A DNA stretch of 64,000 bases from Lepidodermella squamata. Its lineage: Eukaryota > Animalia > Gastrotricha. The notes beneath the pieces were generated by a model that searched no databases, was not told the origin of the DNA, and saw nothing but the letters and a program-made list of their open reading frames with translations. This document shows, piece after piece, positions 11,401 to 23,500 of this stretch (positions are counted from its first letter, which is position 1; the number at the start of each line of letters is the position of its first letter). The translations under genes and the position numbers were made by a program. The DNA lies in contig JBLDXI010000042.1 of NCBI GenBank assembly GCA_047495785.1, forward strand, positions 3,410,001 through 3,474,000, read 5' to 3'.

Positions 11401-14400
11401 CGGACTCCCAAGTCAGCCCCGCACTCCTGCAATCGGCAATGCAGAACGAAATTCTGGCCGACGTGCTGCACTGGTGTGTCATTTACCAGGACGATTCCCT
11501 GCCCGAATTACTACGACGGTTGCGAGCGGTACTGGAGAAATTTCGGGATTACCGCGTCAGCCTCTCGCCAGCCAAGTGCGGAATGGCGCGGCCCGAAGTC
11601 AAGTTCCTAGGACGGCGTCGCAAATGACCCCGACCGCACGGCCGATATCCGCAACTTTCCACGACCGACCTGCCGGCGTTATGTCTGGAACCTTAGAGCC
11701 GCAACTGCACCAGTTCGCAAGCGTGGGCCACGACCCGGTGCTCGTTTCGACCTGCCGGCCGACAGCCTTGATCAGCAACTCGAGTGGCTACTTCAGCTAA
11801 TGCCCTCCGACGCCCGCGAGGCCTGGCTCGACATCTGAGCTCGTCGCCACGCCCGCTACCTAGGAATTCTGGCGCTCCACGAACGCGAGCGGGTACAGGC
11901 CGCACCCGCAACCACTGCGCCCCCTCAGCTGACCACTGTGCCGGCAGAAAACCGGTCTGCCGGCTGCTTCGCTCACGACACTCACGTCGCACGCCGAGGT
12001 TCGAGCCACCACCGCCGATCCGAAACCGAAACCGAAGGCCGCCGTCACGGTTGGCAACGTCTCGGTCGCCGCGGTTACCGCCGAAGGTCAGGCTGGCAGG
12101 CATGCTTTCAAGCGCGTCTCGACCGCCCCGATGGACTGCCAGCGCAACATGTTGTCTCCTGACGCTCTCGCCTCGACGCGCTCTGGCAGCACGCTAAATT
12201 AGTAAACATGGGGGCGGCGTCATCGTCACAACCACCATCGAGCCAGGCCTCTGAGCTAAACGTATCAAGACCAAGTAGGAATGAGTGAAGAGCGACCGTC
12301 GCAGGATGCCCCATGGGGCAAACCTAGATCACCTACTAGCTGTTCAATTTACAGTAAAAAATGTGGGCCCTATCTTAGTCAAAAAATTAAAAAAAAATCT
12401 GATTTACAAAATTATTAATACCTTTCTTAAGGAGAGAATTTCGTTGATTGTCGCTTTCATGACACTTGAGCAGCCACTTTGTTGGCTAATTTGAGTTAGC
12501 AGGTCCAAATAGCCGTTGATCTTATCGCCCATTCCATTAGCCTGGGCGTGGGATTCAATGTCTCTACCTGCATCGGTAAACATTTCCAACAGCCCGAGAA
12601 AAATGTGATCGGTTCTTGAAAGAAACAGGTTGTCCAAAAACGAAATAATGTAACCAAAAGGCAGGCAGTTTTTCGTATATAATTGACCAACAATCCTAAT
12701 ACAAAAATTCCAGTGTACAGTATAAACTCAAATTCGCGCAAATTCCTACCTTGGGCATTCAGCTGAGTTCTTTTCGAGAGATTTCTTCAACTTTTCCACG
12801 CGTTCGAGGACTATCATTTTTTCCTGAGGCTGAATAGAGAAAAATAGTTCAATAATAATAACTGGAAATGTGGAAAATTTGTATCTCACCAGGTCAGAAT
12901 ATTCTGCTTCTCTTTCCAACTGTTCGATTTCTCGTCCGATCTGATGAATGCTTGAAAAACTAATGCTATTGATCCATATTTCTTGGGCTAAAGACATCAC
13001 CCGCAATCCATCGGCACTACCCACCTTAATAGCGAAATTTCAATAGATTGCGAGTATTTATCAAAAAATTGACGAACCCGTCCGAGAGAAATAAATATAT
13101 CACAAGCCCTGTCCCTCGTTTTCTGATTCGAAATCCTGTCGATGACCGTTTCAATCAAGAACGAGACGTATTGTTTGAAATCGGCGGTGGGTAGCTGTTT
13201 GAGTTTTTCCTTCAAAACTTGGGTCAGTTTTCCAACAGATTCAGGCGATTTCAAGTCGAGATCTTCGATCAACATATCGATGCTAACCACCGCACTAGAA
13301 TCGATATTTTCGATTTCTGGCGATTTTCTCACAATTTCTGGCTCAGGTTCAGGTTCAGGCTCAGGCTCCTTCGAGTTATCGAGTGGAGGTGATGATTTAC
13401 CCCAGAAATCGGTGGATTTTTTGAGAAATTTTTTCACTTTCAGGCATACTGATCTATTGAATTTCGACAAATCTTTCGAATTCGCTACATAGCCATTCCA
13501 TAGCTTCAAATTTGAAAAGCACATTGATATAGCCCTTTTCGCGCCGATCGTGAAATCAAGAGATAGCTTGGCCTTTTTCGTTTCGTAAACGTGCTGAAGA
13601 AAATTGAGCAGGGCAGCTAATCGCTTGCCATCTTTATCCTCCGCTTTCTCCGACCCATCAGTACACACATCAACAATGCAGACTTCCACCCAGCGATGCG
13701 CAAAAGCCTGGTAAAGGTTGGTAGAAATCAATCTTTCTTCGCAGAAACTTCGAGCCAGCCTGCAAATTGTTTGTAATTAAAACATTTGTTTCGGTTTGAA
13801 ATTCCAAACGAGAGGATGTTTTCGAGTTTCTGATTTGCTATCGTCAATGGATCGATATTTTGGCAAACGGAATCAATCCATTCCGTCACATATTTGTTGA
13901 AAAATCTGCCGCCAGCTGCTCTTGTTGACTTCTTCAAAGCCTGAATTTTCGTTATTTAAACATAAATTTAGCAAGAAAAATGAAAAACCAAACATTTTTG
14001 AACAGAAGTATCAGAAATTCGGTAAAAGAGGGCCGGAGAGGCGATGCAAGTTTCGCTACCTATTAAACAAACCGAAATGTTACAAATATTTTCAAAGAAT
14101 ATTTTGCAAATTTACCCTTTTTAGCAGGGCACTCGCAAAATCGGACCGAAATTTCTCGCCCTTGCTATTTAGGCAATGCTGAATTTCCCGAGTTAGTTCA
14201 TCGGACGAATCAAAATTTCGCCCAGTATTACTGCAGACGCGCTTCAAAATATCCGAAATCGCAGTGGTCGAGTCGGGACCAGCAGCATTTTTCGTAAAAA
14301 TCGGGAATAGCTCTTCAGCGCACGATTCCAAGTGATTATGATCCGTTCGACTGTTCAAATACGACAATTTCTCCCGAGTCATGGCCATTTCAAGCATTTC

Positions 14401-15146
14401 GGCATTTCTTAGTAATAAACCAGCAATATGACACGCTGCCGAGTCAAGTTGTTGTTTCACCGATGGGGCGAGCTTGAAAACCCGCTCTTCGGCCAACTCA
14501 TCAATGCATCGAATGTAGTCACATAGGAAGAACGCGTTTTCCAACACCCCTCTGCCACTCATCACGGTCATGTGGTTCAACAAAGGAGTGATGAGTATGA
14601 GACGTTTTCTGGCTAATTCCTTCAGAAAATTGAGTCTCATCGCAATAGCGTGCGAGTTGTAGTTGCCTTTTTTCCGCGGCAACGAAGAACTGAGCGTAAC
14701 TCTGAAGGCAGCTGCTAATGAAAATGATGATTTTCGCTTTCTGGTACGCCCATTTTCCTGAAAAAACATGTAGGGAATAATCTCAGAAATGACGAAAAAA
14801 GATCAAATCTTACCGCTATAAGTATTTTCAACATTGCGGCGAAATTTGGCTTCAAATCGTTAGCAGCGTCATAGCCCTCGCTAAGCAAGCATCTCGCGCA
14901 TTCGCTAAGCTGATTTTTCGTCACAGCACTAGCGATTATCGGCTTGATTTGGGCCGCAACTTCCGCCACATCAACGGGAGTCGAGTCCGGTTTCAGAGAC
15001 TCAATATGACCGCGGAGTAAAGATCGAAATGGCGTAAGTGCCTTTTTATTTCCCACCTTCTTTTCATTGGCCTTTTTCAAGCGTTTGGCCATCATTTTCA
15101 GAAACCGCGATTTTTTCTTACTAGCCGTCTGCTCCTTCTTAGCCAT
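8461..15146 (-). CDS. G3: protein with three MIF4G-like repeats, paralog of G2
   Basis: ATG at 15146 (MAKKEQ). Exons ~15146-14815, 14757-14116, 14059-13990, 13940-13810, 13759-13078, 13024-12890, 12829-12749, 12695-12422 and 8913-8461. Motifs are collinear with G2 (CDYIRCIDEL, DHNHLESC, FNKYVTEW, TDAGRDIE, SSVMKATINEILSLRK, WPKMSIRDRAARKL). The last intron (~3.5 kb) is filled with TE remnants. Confidence 0.85.
9200..10110 (+). mobile_element. 3' remnant of a hAT transposon (C-terminal dimerisation domain)
   Basis: ~9224-9390 reads FPNVFTIYTIF...ERSFSKLARIK, then after a frameshift RSTMTQDRLNGLAVITIN, which is the hAT dimerisation motif. A hAT-like end (ggcccc...tgcctagggcccc) lies at ~10064-10100. 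Confidence 0.7.
9508..9898 (+). mobile_element. Solo LTR nested in the hAT remnant
   Basis: TGTAGGGCG...CGCCTCACA termini are flanked by a perfect 5-bp TSD, AATTG (9503-9507 and 9899-9903). It contains TATTTAA and an AATAAA at 9842. Confidence 0.75.
10368..10650 (+). mobile_element. PIF/Harbinger transposase remnant
   Basis: The sequence reads LAVADVNGRFIDVL*YSGRSNERSVFNRSPL, then after a frameshift HILGVGAYPLLDWLMIGY. These are Harbinger DDE-region motifs, disrupted by a stop and a frameshift. Confidence 0.75.
11385..12220 (+). mobile_element. Ty3/Gypsy pol remnant (reverse transcriptase fragment)
   Basis: PALLQSAMQNEILADVLHWCVIYQDD...LRRLRAVLEKFRDYRVSLSPAKCGMARPEVKFLG is a Gypsy RT YxDD region. 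The segment is GC-rich and internally deleted. Confidence 0.75.
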
Positions 15147-15185
15147 TTTAAAGCCTAAAAGTATCAAAAAAAGCCGAAAATAATA
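15147..15185 (-). promoter_or_regulatory. 39-nt intergenic spacer with a donor-less splice acceptor (putative trans-splice site for G3)
   Basis: The minus strand reads TAG tattattttcggctttttttgatactttTAG|gctttaaaATG. There is no GT donor between the stop and the acceptor, and no room for a promoter. Confidence 0.55.
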
Positions 15186-18100
15186 CTAGGCCGAAGACAG
15201 TTTGTTTTCTTCGTTTGATTTGAGCGCATTAGCACGAAGGCTCTTTCGGAGCTTTCTCATCTCTTTTTTCGCCTTTTTGGACAAGGGTTTTTCATTTGGT
15301 ATGATTTTATCACAAGAAACAACAATCAATTCAGGTTGAGGTTCGGGTTCAGAGGTAGCCTCAGGTTTACAAACGCAAGATTCGCGAAATTCGTAAGCTT
15401 TATCTGCCGAAAGTAGCTTTTCGGTATTATTTTCAATTTCGAGAGATTTTAGAAATCCTTGGCAACAGTGTTCGGGGCAGGTAGAGAGGTACTTTCTCTC
15501 CCTTTCCCCAGATTCAAAAAGCTGTTTCGCCGAACCAAGTTCAACTTCCGACAATAAAATGGTCAACTTCCGAATCGCACGCTGGCATTGCGATAGCTCA
15601 GGCCATCCGTTCTAAAATGTCAACACAAATTATGAAAAATAGAGTGAAAAATAAAAAATATTGCCTTTTTCAGTAAAAAGATTTCGTTGACAGTAGCTTT
15701 TAAAATGGCGGAGGCATCATTTTTCAGATCCAAGTTGGTTAAAATCTTCAACAATTCGTCAAATTTATCGTTAGCTCCAGGGTCCGATTGAGATCGAGCT
15801 TCAATGGATTTACCAGCATCAGTCAATAATTCCATGAGGCCTTCGAAAGAATACTCGCTGTTAGCAACTAATAAATTATCCAAAAATGAGAGGGTGAATT
15901 CAAGGGAGACGCAGTTCCTCTTGAAAAGCAGTCCCACGCTTCTATCAAAACATAAATTTAGCGACAAAAAATTGGATTTCCATTCAAATTTACCGAGGAA
16001 TCTCGATTAATTTAGTAATTAACGACCTTCGAAGCTCTTTTATTTTAGGCAAGATCATTCGCTTCTTTTTCTAAGAAATAACAAAATATTCAGGCTGAAA
16101 TTCCACAGAAAACTAACGAACCAAGAAGGCAGTTTCAAATTTTTTCTCGAGTTGCTGCAAAGGGCTGTAGATAACTTCAATTTCAGGTAGACTGATACTT
16201 CTCATCCAAACTTCTTGCAAGACATCAATAAATTTGAGATCGCCCTCGTTAATTGCCTTAATCAATAGAAAAATGGTTACATTTTATCAGAACAACTTAC
16301 TCGTCTCATACCTTGTCCATTAGAATTATGAGATCACAGACTCCTTTGCGGGTTTGTTGGTTTGTAATTCTTTTCAACAAATTATCATGCAAATCTTCGA
16401 CGCATTCCTTGAAATCAGCCAAGGATTGCTTCTTCAAAAAACCGCTGAGACGATTCGCGGCTTTTCCAATTGATTTCAATGACTTAATGTCAATAGGTTT
16501 CATCCGCCTCGAAAACTTCGATTTCACCGGGTTGGCAGCCTTAGAGACGGCCTTTGATGATTCATCATCGTCGAAATCTTGAGAAGCCTCTCGATCCAAT
16601 TTCAATCGAAGCGAATCGCCATGACTACACAAAAATCTTTCAACCGCTTTCTGAGTCTCAATGGTCAAATCTGAATTATCTGACCAATCATTCACGCTGC
16701 ACGACCATTTTTCCAAATTTCCCAAGCAAGTTAAAATCAACCTCTTCGAGCCCTCCGGCAAGTCTGAGAAAATTTCCGTTTCCAAAATGTCAGATATCGC
16801 GAGTAAATATGAGATCGTATATCGAGCAACATCTTCTGAAGGTGAATTATCAACACCTGGGGTCAATGCCGCCGCGAAATGTGAGGCGAACCGCGCATAA
16901 GCTGTGATTGATAGTAATCCATCGGAGCAAAATCGAAACATTAACCTAAAATAGGAGGGGAAAAACATTTTAGGTCCTAAATATTGAATTTTTTAGCATT
17001 ACTTCAGTGTGGCAATGAGTGTTGCTTCCGACATTGTTTCCGGATTTGCCTTACCAGCCGATTTTTTGGCCCATATTAAGACATATTTGTTAAAATATCG
17101 ATGTCTGGCAAATTTGTCTTTCATCCGGCAGCAAAGAATCTACAAAAAAGATAATGGAATTCCGAAATTTTCTGTTGGTTATTTCTTTCACTATGAATTT
17201 TAAGTGTTTGCTGTCGTACAGATACTGCTAAGATACTGATCCAATCCCTTTCGCTAAAAGGTTTAACTAGCATTTAACGTTGCTTTTAGCCTTTTAATCA
17301 TTCTACCGATCTCGCAAGAAACTGAAAATATATCGACTCAAACGGGTGTTAGACCATGGAATCCGCCTGTTACAATTCCGCCTGCTCCTGCTTCCTAACT
17401 GATAGGATGATTGATGCGTAATAACGCCTAAAAAGCAGCAATAATGTTTACCCCTTCTCATTTCTCATGGTTAGCATTATCGAACGGCAAACTACAACAG
17501 TTTCAATTTATATAAATAAAATAGATTGATATGTTATTTCTGTTATAGGTGTTCCTAAAAGAATTAAACAAGCCATGAGAATTTACTAAGTTATACAGCT
17601 AGTCGTTGAAATTTGAAAATGTAGCATGTCATTTACAGCATAAATAGTGACGGCCGAGGCGGTCGAGGCGGTCGTGGCGGCAGGGCGCGGGGCGGGAGGT
17701 GGCGTGGAGGCGCTAAGCGTGGCGGACTACACCAGCAGCTCGCCTCGCTTGACAAACAGGGTCGCGCAGATAGGAAATTACATCATACAACAGCATCAGC
17801 AAGTGCAGCAGCCGCAGGGTCCAGCAGAACTGCAGCACCCGTCAATGAAATGACTGAGTTGAGTTGGTTATTTCTTTCACTGTGAAATTCAAGTGTTTGC
17901 TGTCGTACATAAAAGGCGAAAAACTCCGCCTGCTCCTGCTTCCTAACTGATAGGATGCTTGATGCCTAAAAAAGAGCAGCAATAGACCGTTCGGCATTTC
18001 CACGCTTCCTGTCTCGCGACGCCTCGAAAGAGCCATTTTCGCACATGGCAAAGCTACTACCGGAAAACCTTAATGTTACATAGGCTGGGACGGAGTTCAG

Positions 18101-20269
18101 CTGTATAAAAGATCCACACAGTCGCTGTGGCCATTGGTTATTAGCAGTGTTGGCGCTCCAATAAAGTTGCTGTACTCGGTGTGGATGGAATACCTGTTTC
18201 CGGAGCAAGAGTTCATTTTCAAGCCCTTTGTAGAAGAGATGAACTCAGACTTCGAGATGGAACTAGTTTGTCATTCGAAGCTCGGCCTGCAATCATGGTC
18301 ATTCCCGCGAGTTCAAAGGAAAATAACATGAAGCAGAGCGGATTTGATTCAATTCGCAACTGGCACGCCCCCGGCCGTTCAAGAAAGGAGCTCGGACTTG
18401 CAGATAACGATAGTAAGAGTATTTTCGCCAATTGTGGAGAACTTCGTACTTCGTACCCATTAACAAGCCGCAAATCTGTGACTTAATTGGTTATTTTATA
18501 TTTCCTTTTATTTCAACTTTAGTTTTATTCGATCAAACTGATAACGGTGACTATAAGACTGACAAAACCGAATTCGTTCTGCAGGCGACGCTTAAGACTG
18601 GAACTATTCGGGTCTACTTTTCAGGATTACGTCGTGGCGTACTTGAAGTCACGCATGTCGCTGTCACTATAAAAACTGCCTCTAACAGGGAAGCTGTTTG
18701 CTGCTAAATTGAAACTGGCCCAGATGAGCGATATAGGGCGAGCTTTTCAATGAGTACCTCGGTTCTTGAAAATTAGGCTAGCAGCCATTTAAAAGCCTTT
18801 CACAGGGTCTTCAAAAAACCACTTTTCCAGGGCTGATGTGCCATTTTAAAGGCTAGTTTCCATCTAAGTATAATTTCTTATGTCTGAGTCTCAGGTCTAG
18901 GTTACGAGAATGACATGCACTCGACCCGTCTTGGAAAACGGCACGCCTACCCTCGGTTTCTCCAGGTCTAGTAGGCTTGAAATTGAAACATTGCGAGCTT
19001 CAAAGGCTACGAGTAGTTCTCAACTTTCATCAAAAATAATTCGCGAAAACTTTGGAATATCATCAAATCAAAACTCAGAAACTTTGTGTACAAGGTTTGA
19101 AAACACTAACGACTAAAACTCTCAAAAATCCGATAAATATCACGAAATTTACACAACAAAATTCAATAAACGCTAACCTGAGAGAACATCTGATTTACGA
19201 AGGACCAAAATTCATCCGGCATCTCTGCGTTTTCCGAAAAGCATGCAGTTGTCTACGATATAAACCGTTACATTTCTTCGATTACAAATTTCAAAAAATG
19301 ACAAACCCTTTCAAGAAATGCCATAGCGAATTCCATCCGAACATGTTCGCTACCATGATGACGGCCGAAAAAGTGTTTCAGCTCAATGTCAAAATTGTGT
19401 TGCGATTTGAAGCTCTCCATTGGATTTCGAAACATTTTCTCCAATATTTCAGCCGCCGTTTCAACAGGATCCTGGCCTGTAGGCAAAATAGCGGGAAATG
19501 GCGTTTCAGCGCATGAATCCGAATGAATGTGATCGATTCTGTTGTCGAGATATTCCAGCGTCTCGGCAAATGATTGAGAATCCGAAAAACGGCGAATGAC
19601 CCCAGCAAGGTGGCACGACGCCGAATTCAAAATCGAAATATGCGTGCTATTCAGCTTGAAAATTCGTTCATGACTTATATCGTCCATAAGTCGGATATAA
19701 TCGCATAGAAACGGTGCGGTCTTCTTGACACCCCTCACACTCAACAATTTCATGTGATTTAGCAGCCCAAATGGTAAAATCAATCGTTGCTTCGCCAATT
19801 CCTTAAAAAATCTTCGAGTCGAAAAATGAATGATGAAAGTCTATTTTTGATGAAATTACCGAAGTCTTGAACTAAAAATGGGAGACTCGTAGGTATTTCT
19901 CCTAGGTATCGCTGCACTCAAAACGGTTCTAACTGCGCTTTGAAAACTGAAAGCAGTATCCAAATTTCTAGCCTCCTAAAACAATCAAATAATTCAAAAT
20001 TCGAGCAAAATAAAAAAATATACCTCGACGAGAATTTTCAAAAGAAGGGTGAAATTCGGCAGCAAATCGGCTTCTATTTTAAATCCTTCGGCGATGAGAT
20101 CTGAAGCAAAGTTGATCATTTCCGGTTTTGACTTGGCCACAAGTAAAAGAGGTGCTACATCGGTTACGATTTTCGCGATATCATCATGAGCTGAGTCTGG
20201 TTTTAATTTTGCAACATGAGCGTGAAACACAGACTCATAATCTGCGGCTTTTCTCTCTTTTTCTTTCAT
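15186..20269 (-). CDS. G4: protein with three MIF4G-like repeats, paralog of G2/G3
   Basis: Exons ~20269-20024, 19976-19860, 19812-19306, 19253-19178, 17139-17003, 16945-16311, 16257-16122, ~16071-16027, 15941-15665 and 15611-15186. It has the same motif series as G2/G3. The last intron uses a GC donor. Confidence 0.8.
17617..17990 (+). repeat. Dispersed repeat with RGG- and Gln-rich coding potential, copy 1
   Basis: It aligns by eye with 22287-22566. Sub-fragments also recur at ~17176-17220 and ~17377-17445. Confidence 0.75.
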
Positions 20270-20320
20270 TTATTACAACATTCACCTACAAAAATCAAAA
20301 TCAGAAGCTTTTATTAAAAA
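20270..20320 (-). promoter_or_regulatory. AATAAA followed by a donor-less acceptor upstream of G4
   Basis: The minus strand reads ttAATAAAagcttctgattttgatttttgTAG|gtgaatgttgTAATAAATG. Two in-frame stops directly precede the ATG, so G5 and G4 cannot be one ORF. Confidence 0.55.
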
Positions 20321-20502
20321 CAAGGAATGCACAAAGGTAATATGACTGAGATTATTCCGAGACACTCCACAATTCTCGTAAAAATAGTTGCTTCTATCTT
20401 AAGAAAATCAGAACGAATGAGATCCGGAAAGGTCTCCGAAATCGCTTCCTGAGTCTCACTTTTGTTTTCGTGATTTACTTTTCGACTTGGTTTGAACAAC
20501 TT

Positions 20503-23500
20503 TCAACGGTTTGGAAATGCTTTTCGATTCATTTCGATTTCAGCTGCTTTAGATGGGCTTTTATCAACCCTGAGCTGGCTTTTGCATAAGCAATTGAATT
20601 GGGGTAAACTATTGAGAGATACTCTTGCAGCGTCTGTAGCGCCGTAATTTAGAACAGAAACAAAAACTTGGTAAAAAGAATGGCAGAGTGGTTGAGAGGA
20701 GAGATATTTTTTGACTCTTTCCCCAGCTTCGGCGAGTTTACGAGGTTCTTTCGCAGTTTCCGGATTAATTTCAGCCAGCAATATTGCAAGTTGCTGGGAC
20801 GCTCGCTGGCATTGCGACAACTCAGGCCAGCCTTTCTATAACATTGAAGTCAGAAATTTCGGATGAAAAAGGATATTAATTTTAAAAAATACCTCCTTTA
20901 ACGAAATTATCTCGTTTATAATCGCTCTCGTCACAGCCGAGCAATCATTTGACTGAAGAATTTCCATCAGACGCGTGAAATATCCATTAAATTTATCACT
21001 CATTCCTCGAGCTCGGGCGCAAGACTCGGCAGCTTTACCAGCATCAGTCAAAAAGTTCATCAAGACTTCAAAGGATCTCTCTGCATTTCTTAATAACAGC
21101 AAATCCATTAAGGCAACGAAAAATTCAAAACAAAAATCAGCAGAAAATAAGTTTTTTCGGTACAGCTGACCCACGATCCTAGTAAAAATTCTGGAAAATT
21201 AGTGAACAATTGCAGGACGAGCGAATACCTTGGAACTTCGAGCAGATATTGGGCCAGCTTCCATTCTTCACTTCTTACTTCAGAATAATCACGTGCTTCT
21301 TGTTCTGGAATTCGACTTGAAATCTGGCGGATTTTACCCAGCCAAATTTCTTGAAGTAAAGTCGTAATTGATAGTCCATCGTCTTTTTTAATCTACGATA
21401 TGACATTTTTACAAAAATTCTACCAAAAACAGCTTAGTCAATACCGTTCTAATCGATATAATGAGGTCACACGCTATATCGCGCGTTTCTTGACTCGTGA
21501 TTTGACCCAGCAGTTTTCGATTAAATATTTCGACGCATTGTTTGAGATCAGAGCGGGACGATCGCCGTTTAAAAAATTGTTCAAATCGTTCCCAGCACTT
21601 TTTCCTAGATTTCTCTGAGGTCAACATAAACTTTTTGGAAGGCATTTTAGGGTTCATTTTCGTTGCAGGCGAGTTTGCCGAGGCGAGTTTCGTTGCAGGC
21701 GAGTTTGCTGGGGAAAAGCGACCTCTCGTTGACTCATCAAATAATTTCCCCGAAAAGGATTCGCCATGACATTTGATGAAGTTTTCAATGCCCCAGATAT
21801 CTTTCGAGTTCCGGTGTAAATTTCGCAGATTTTCTAAGCAATCGAAAATTGCTTTCTTTGTAACTTGCGACAACTCTGCAAATATTTCCGTATCTGCAAT
21901 TTGGGCCATTTCCATCAGAAAGCAAATAATCGATCGAATAAGCTGTCCGGAAGGCTGTCTCTTTGAGTTGGGCGATAATACCTTGAGAAAACGCGAGGCG
22001 AATATCTGATAAGCATCGCCACATAACAGCCGATCATTGCAAAATCGAAAAACCAGCCTAAAATCAATAAGGAAAAATAACATTAACGAATACACTCTCA
22101 AACAAAATATGCAAAACAAAAACAAAAAATGCGTCCGGATAGCGCCGAACTGTGTCTATGGACATCTATCCTGCCTAAATTCTAAATGGTGCGTTTCAAG
22201 TTGATGATTTTTATACTGAAACCTCAATTTGAACCGACTTCTTCATATGCACTTCTCGACCCCTCTACAGACGTCCGGCTGGGTTCAAATGTAACATGTC
22301 ATTTACGCAGCATAAACAGTCACGACCGTGGCGGTCGCAGCGGCTGGCGTGGCGGCGCTAAGCGTGGCGGATTACACCAGCAACCAGCAACTCGCCTCGC
22401 TTGGCGAACAGGGTCGCGCAGATAGGTAATTTCCTTATGCAGCAACAGCAGCAAGTGCAGCAGAAGTACAACGCCCGCCTATGAACTGACTGAGTTGACT
22501 TGAGTTGGTTCATTTCTTTCACTATGAATTTCAAGTTTTTGCTGTCGCACATAAAAGGCGAAAACTCAAAAAATGTGATTCTACCAAACTCGCATGAAAC
22601 TTAATTAACGAAGAAGTTCGCCGTCAGCTTTCGTCATTGTGCTCTCGAAAAATATCTCGGGGTCTTCCCATCGCACCTAAGAAGTGCAACTTTCTGGCGG
22701 CACCAGCTATTATATTCCGTTCAAAACTTCGTTGGCCAGTTTTTTCCAGCTTTTCTCTCGGAAATTTACCAGCTCAGTGCGCCGCCAAGTATCTCGGTGC
22801 TTTAGCCATGTCTCCTCTGTGCAATTCGTGGCTATACTCAATTAACTGATACGAAGGCGCCTTCGATTTCTGCGCAACCAACAACGGAAACAAATATCTT
22901 AATAACTGATTGAAAGCCGAAGAAACTGACAGAACTATTCACGCTCTGACCGCCTTTCTTTCCAAAGCAGACAATCTCATCGACCATTGTGTTTGGACGA
23001 GTCTGCCAGAGGCCGAGTGTATAGATATAGAAGAAAAACCTAGCAACCGAGGCCAAGGGCGCGGGAAACGCAGATGATAAAAAATGCCTTACATCTCGGA
23101 ATGAAGAGAATTTAAATAAATGTGTTTCTGCTGAATACAAGTTTTTTCCGATGACTTTATTGGTTGTTTAAGGGTAAAATGGTTATGTGGATACTGGCTG
23201 CAGTCATCATATGTCTAGCACTCTATCGTCCATATACTCATATGTGAGTATTCCCGGATTTGCAGAAATTCGCTGTATACTCATATACTATACTACAACT
23301 ACTACTCATATATTTTTTTACGCGAGACCTGTGCATCTGAAAATACCCATGATGCACTTGGAGTAATGAAGGAGCAGAAACTGTGCGTAACCGACAAAGG
23401 CATATCTGATCGTAGGGCGGCGCGCGGTCCGGGAGCGCGCGCGCAGTACTTAGGTCTATATTATACGTATTATGTGCGGTCACGTGAACGCGCGCCTATA

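Noticed and set aside
11693-12197. Arg/Pro-rich ORFs on both strands
   Set aside because: They are by-products of the GC-rich Gypsy remnant and have no coherent protein signature.
21658-21710. Short coding duplication (ANSPATK twice) in G5, and the EP repeat in G3 (~13340-13370)
   Set aside because: These are ordinary low-complexity linker expansions.
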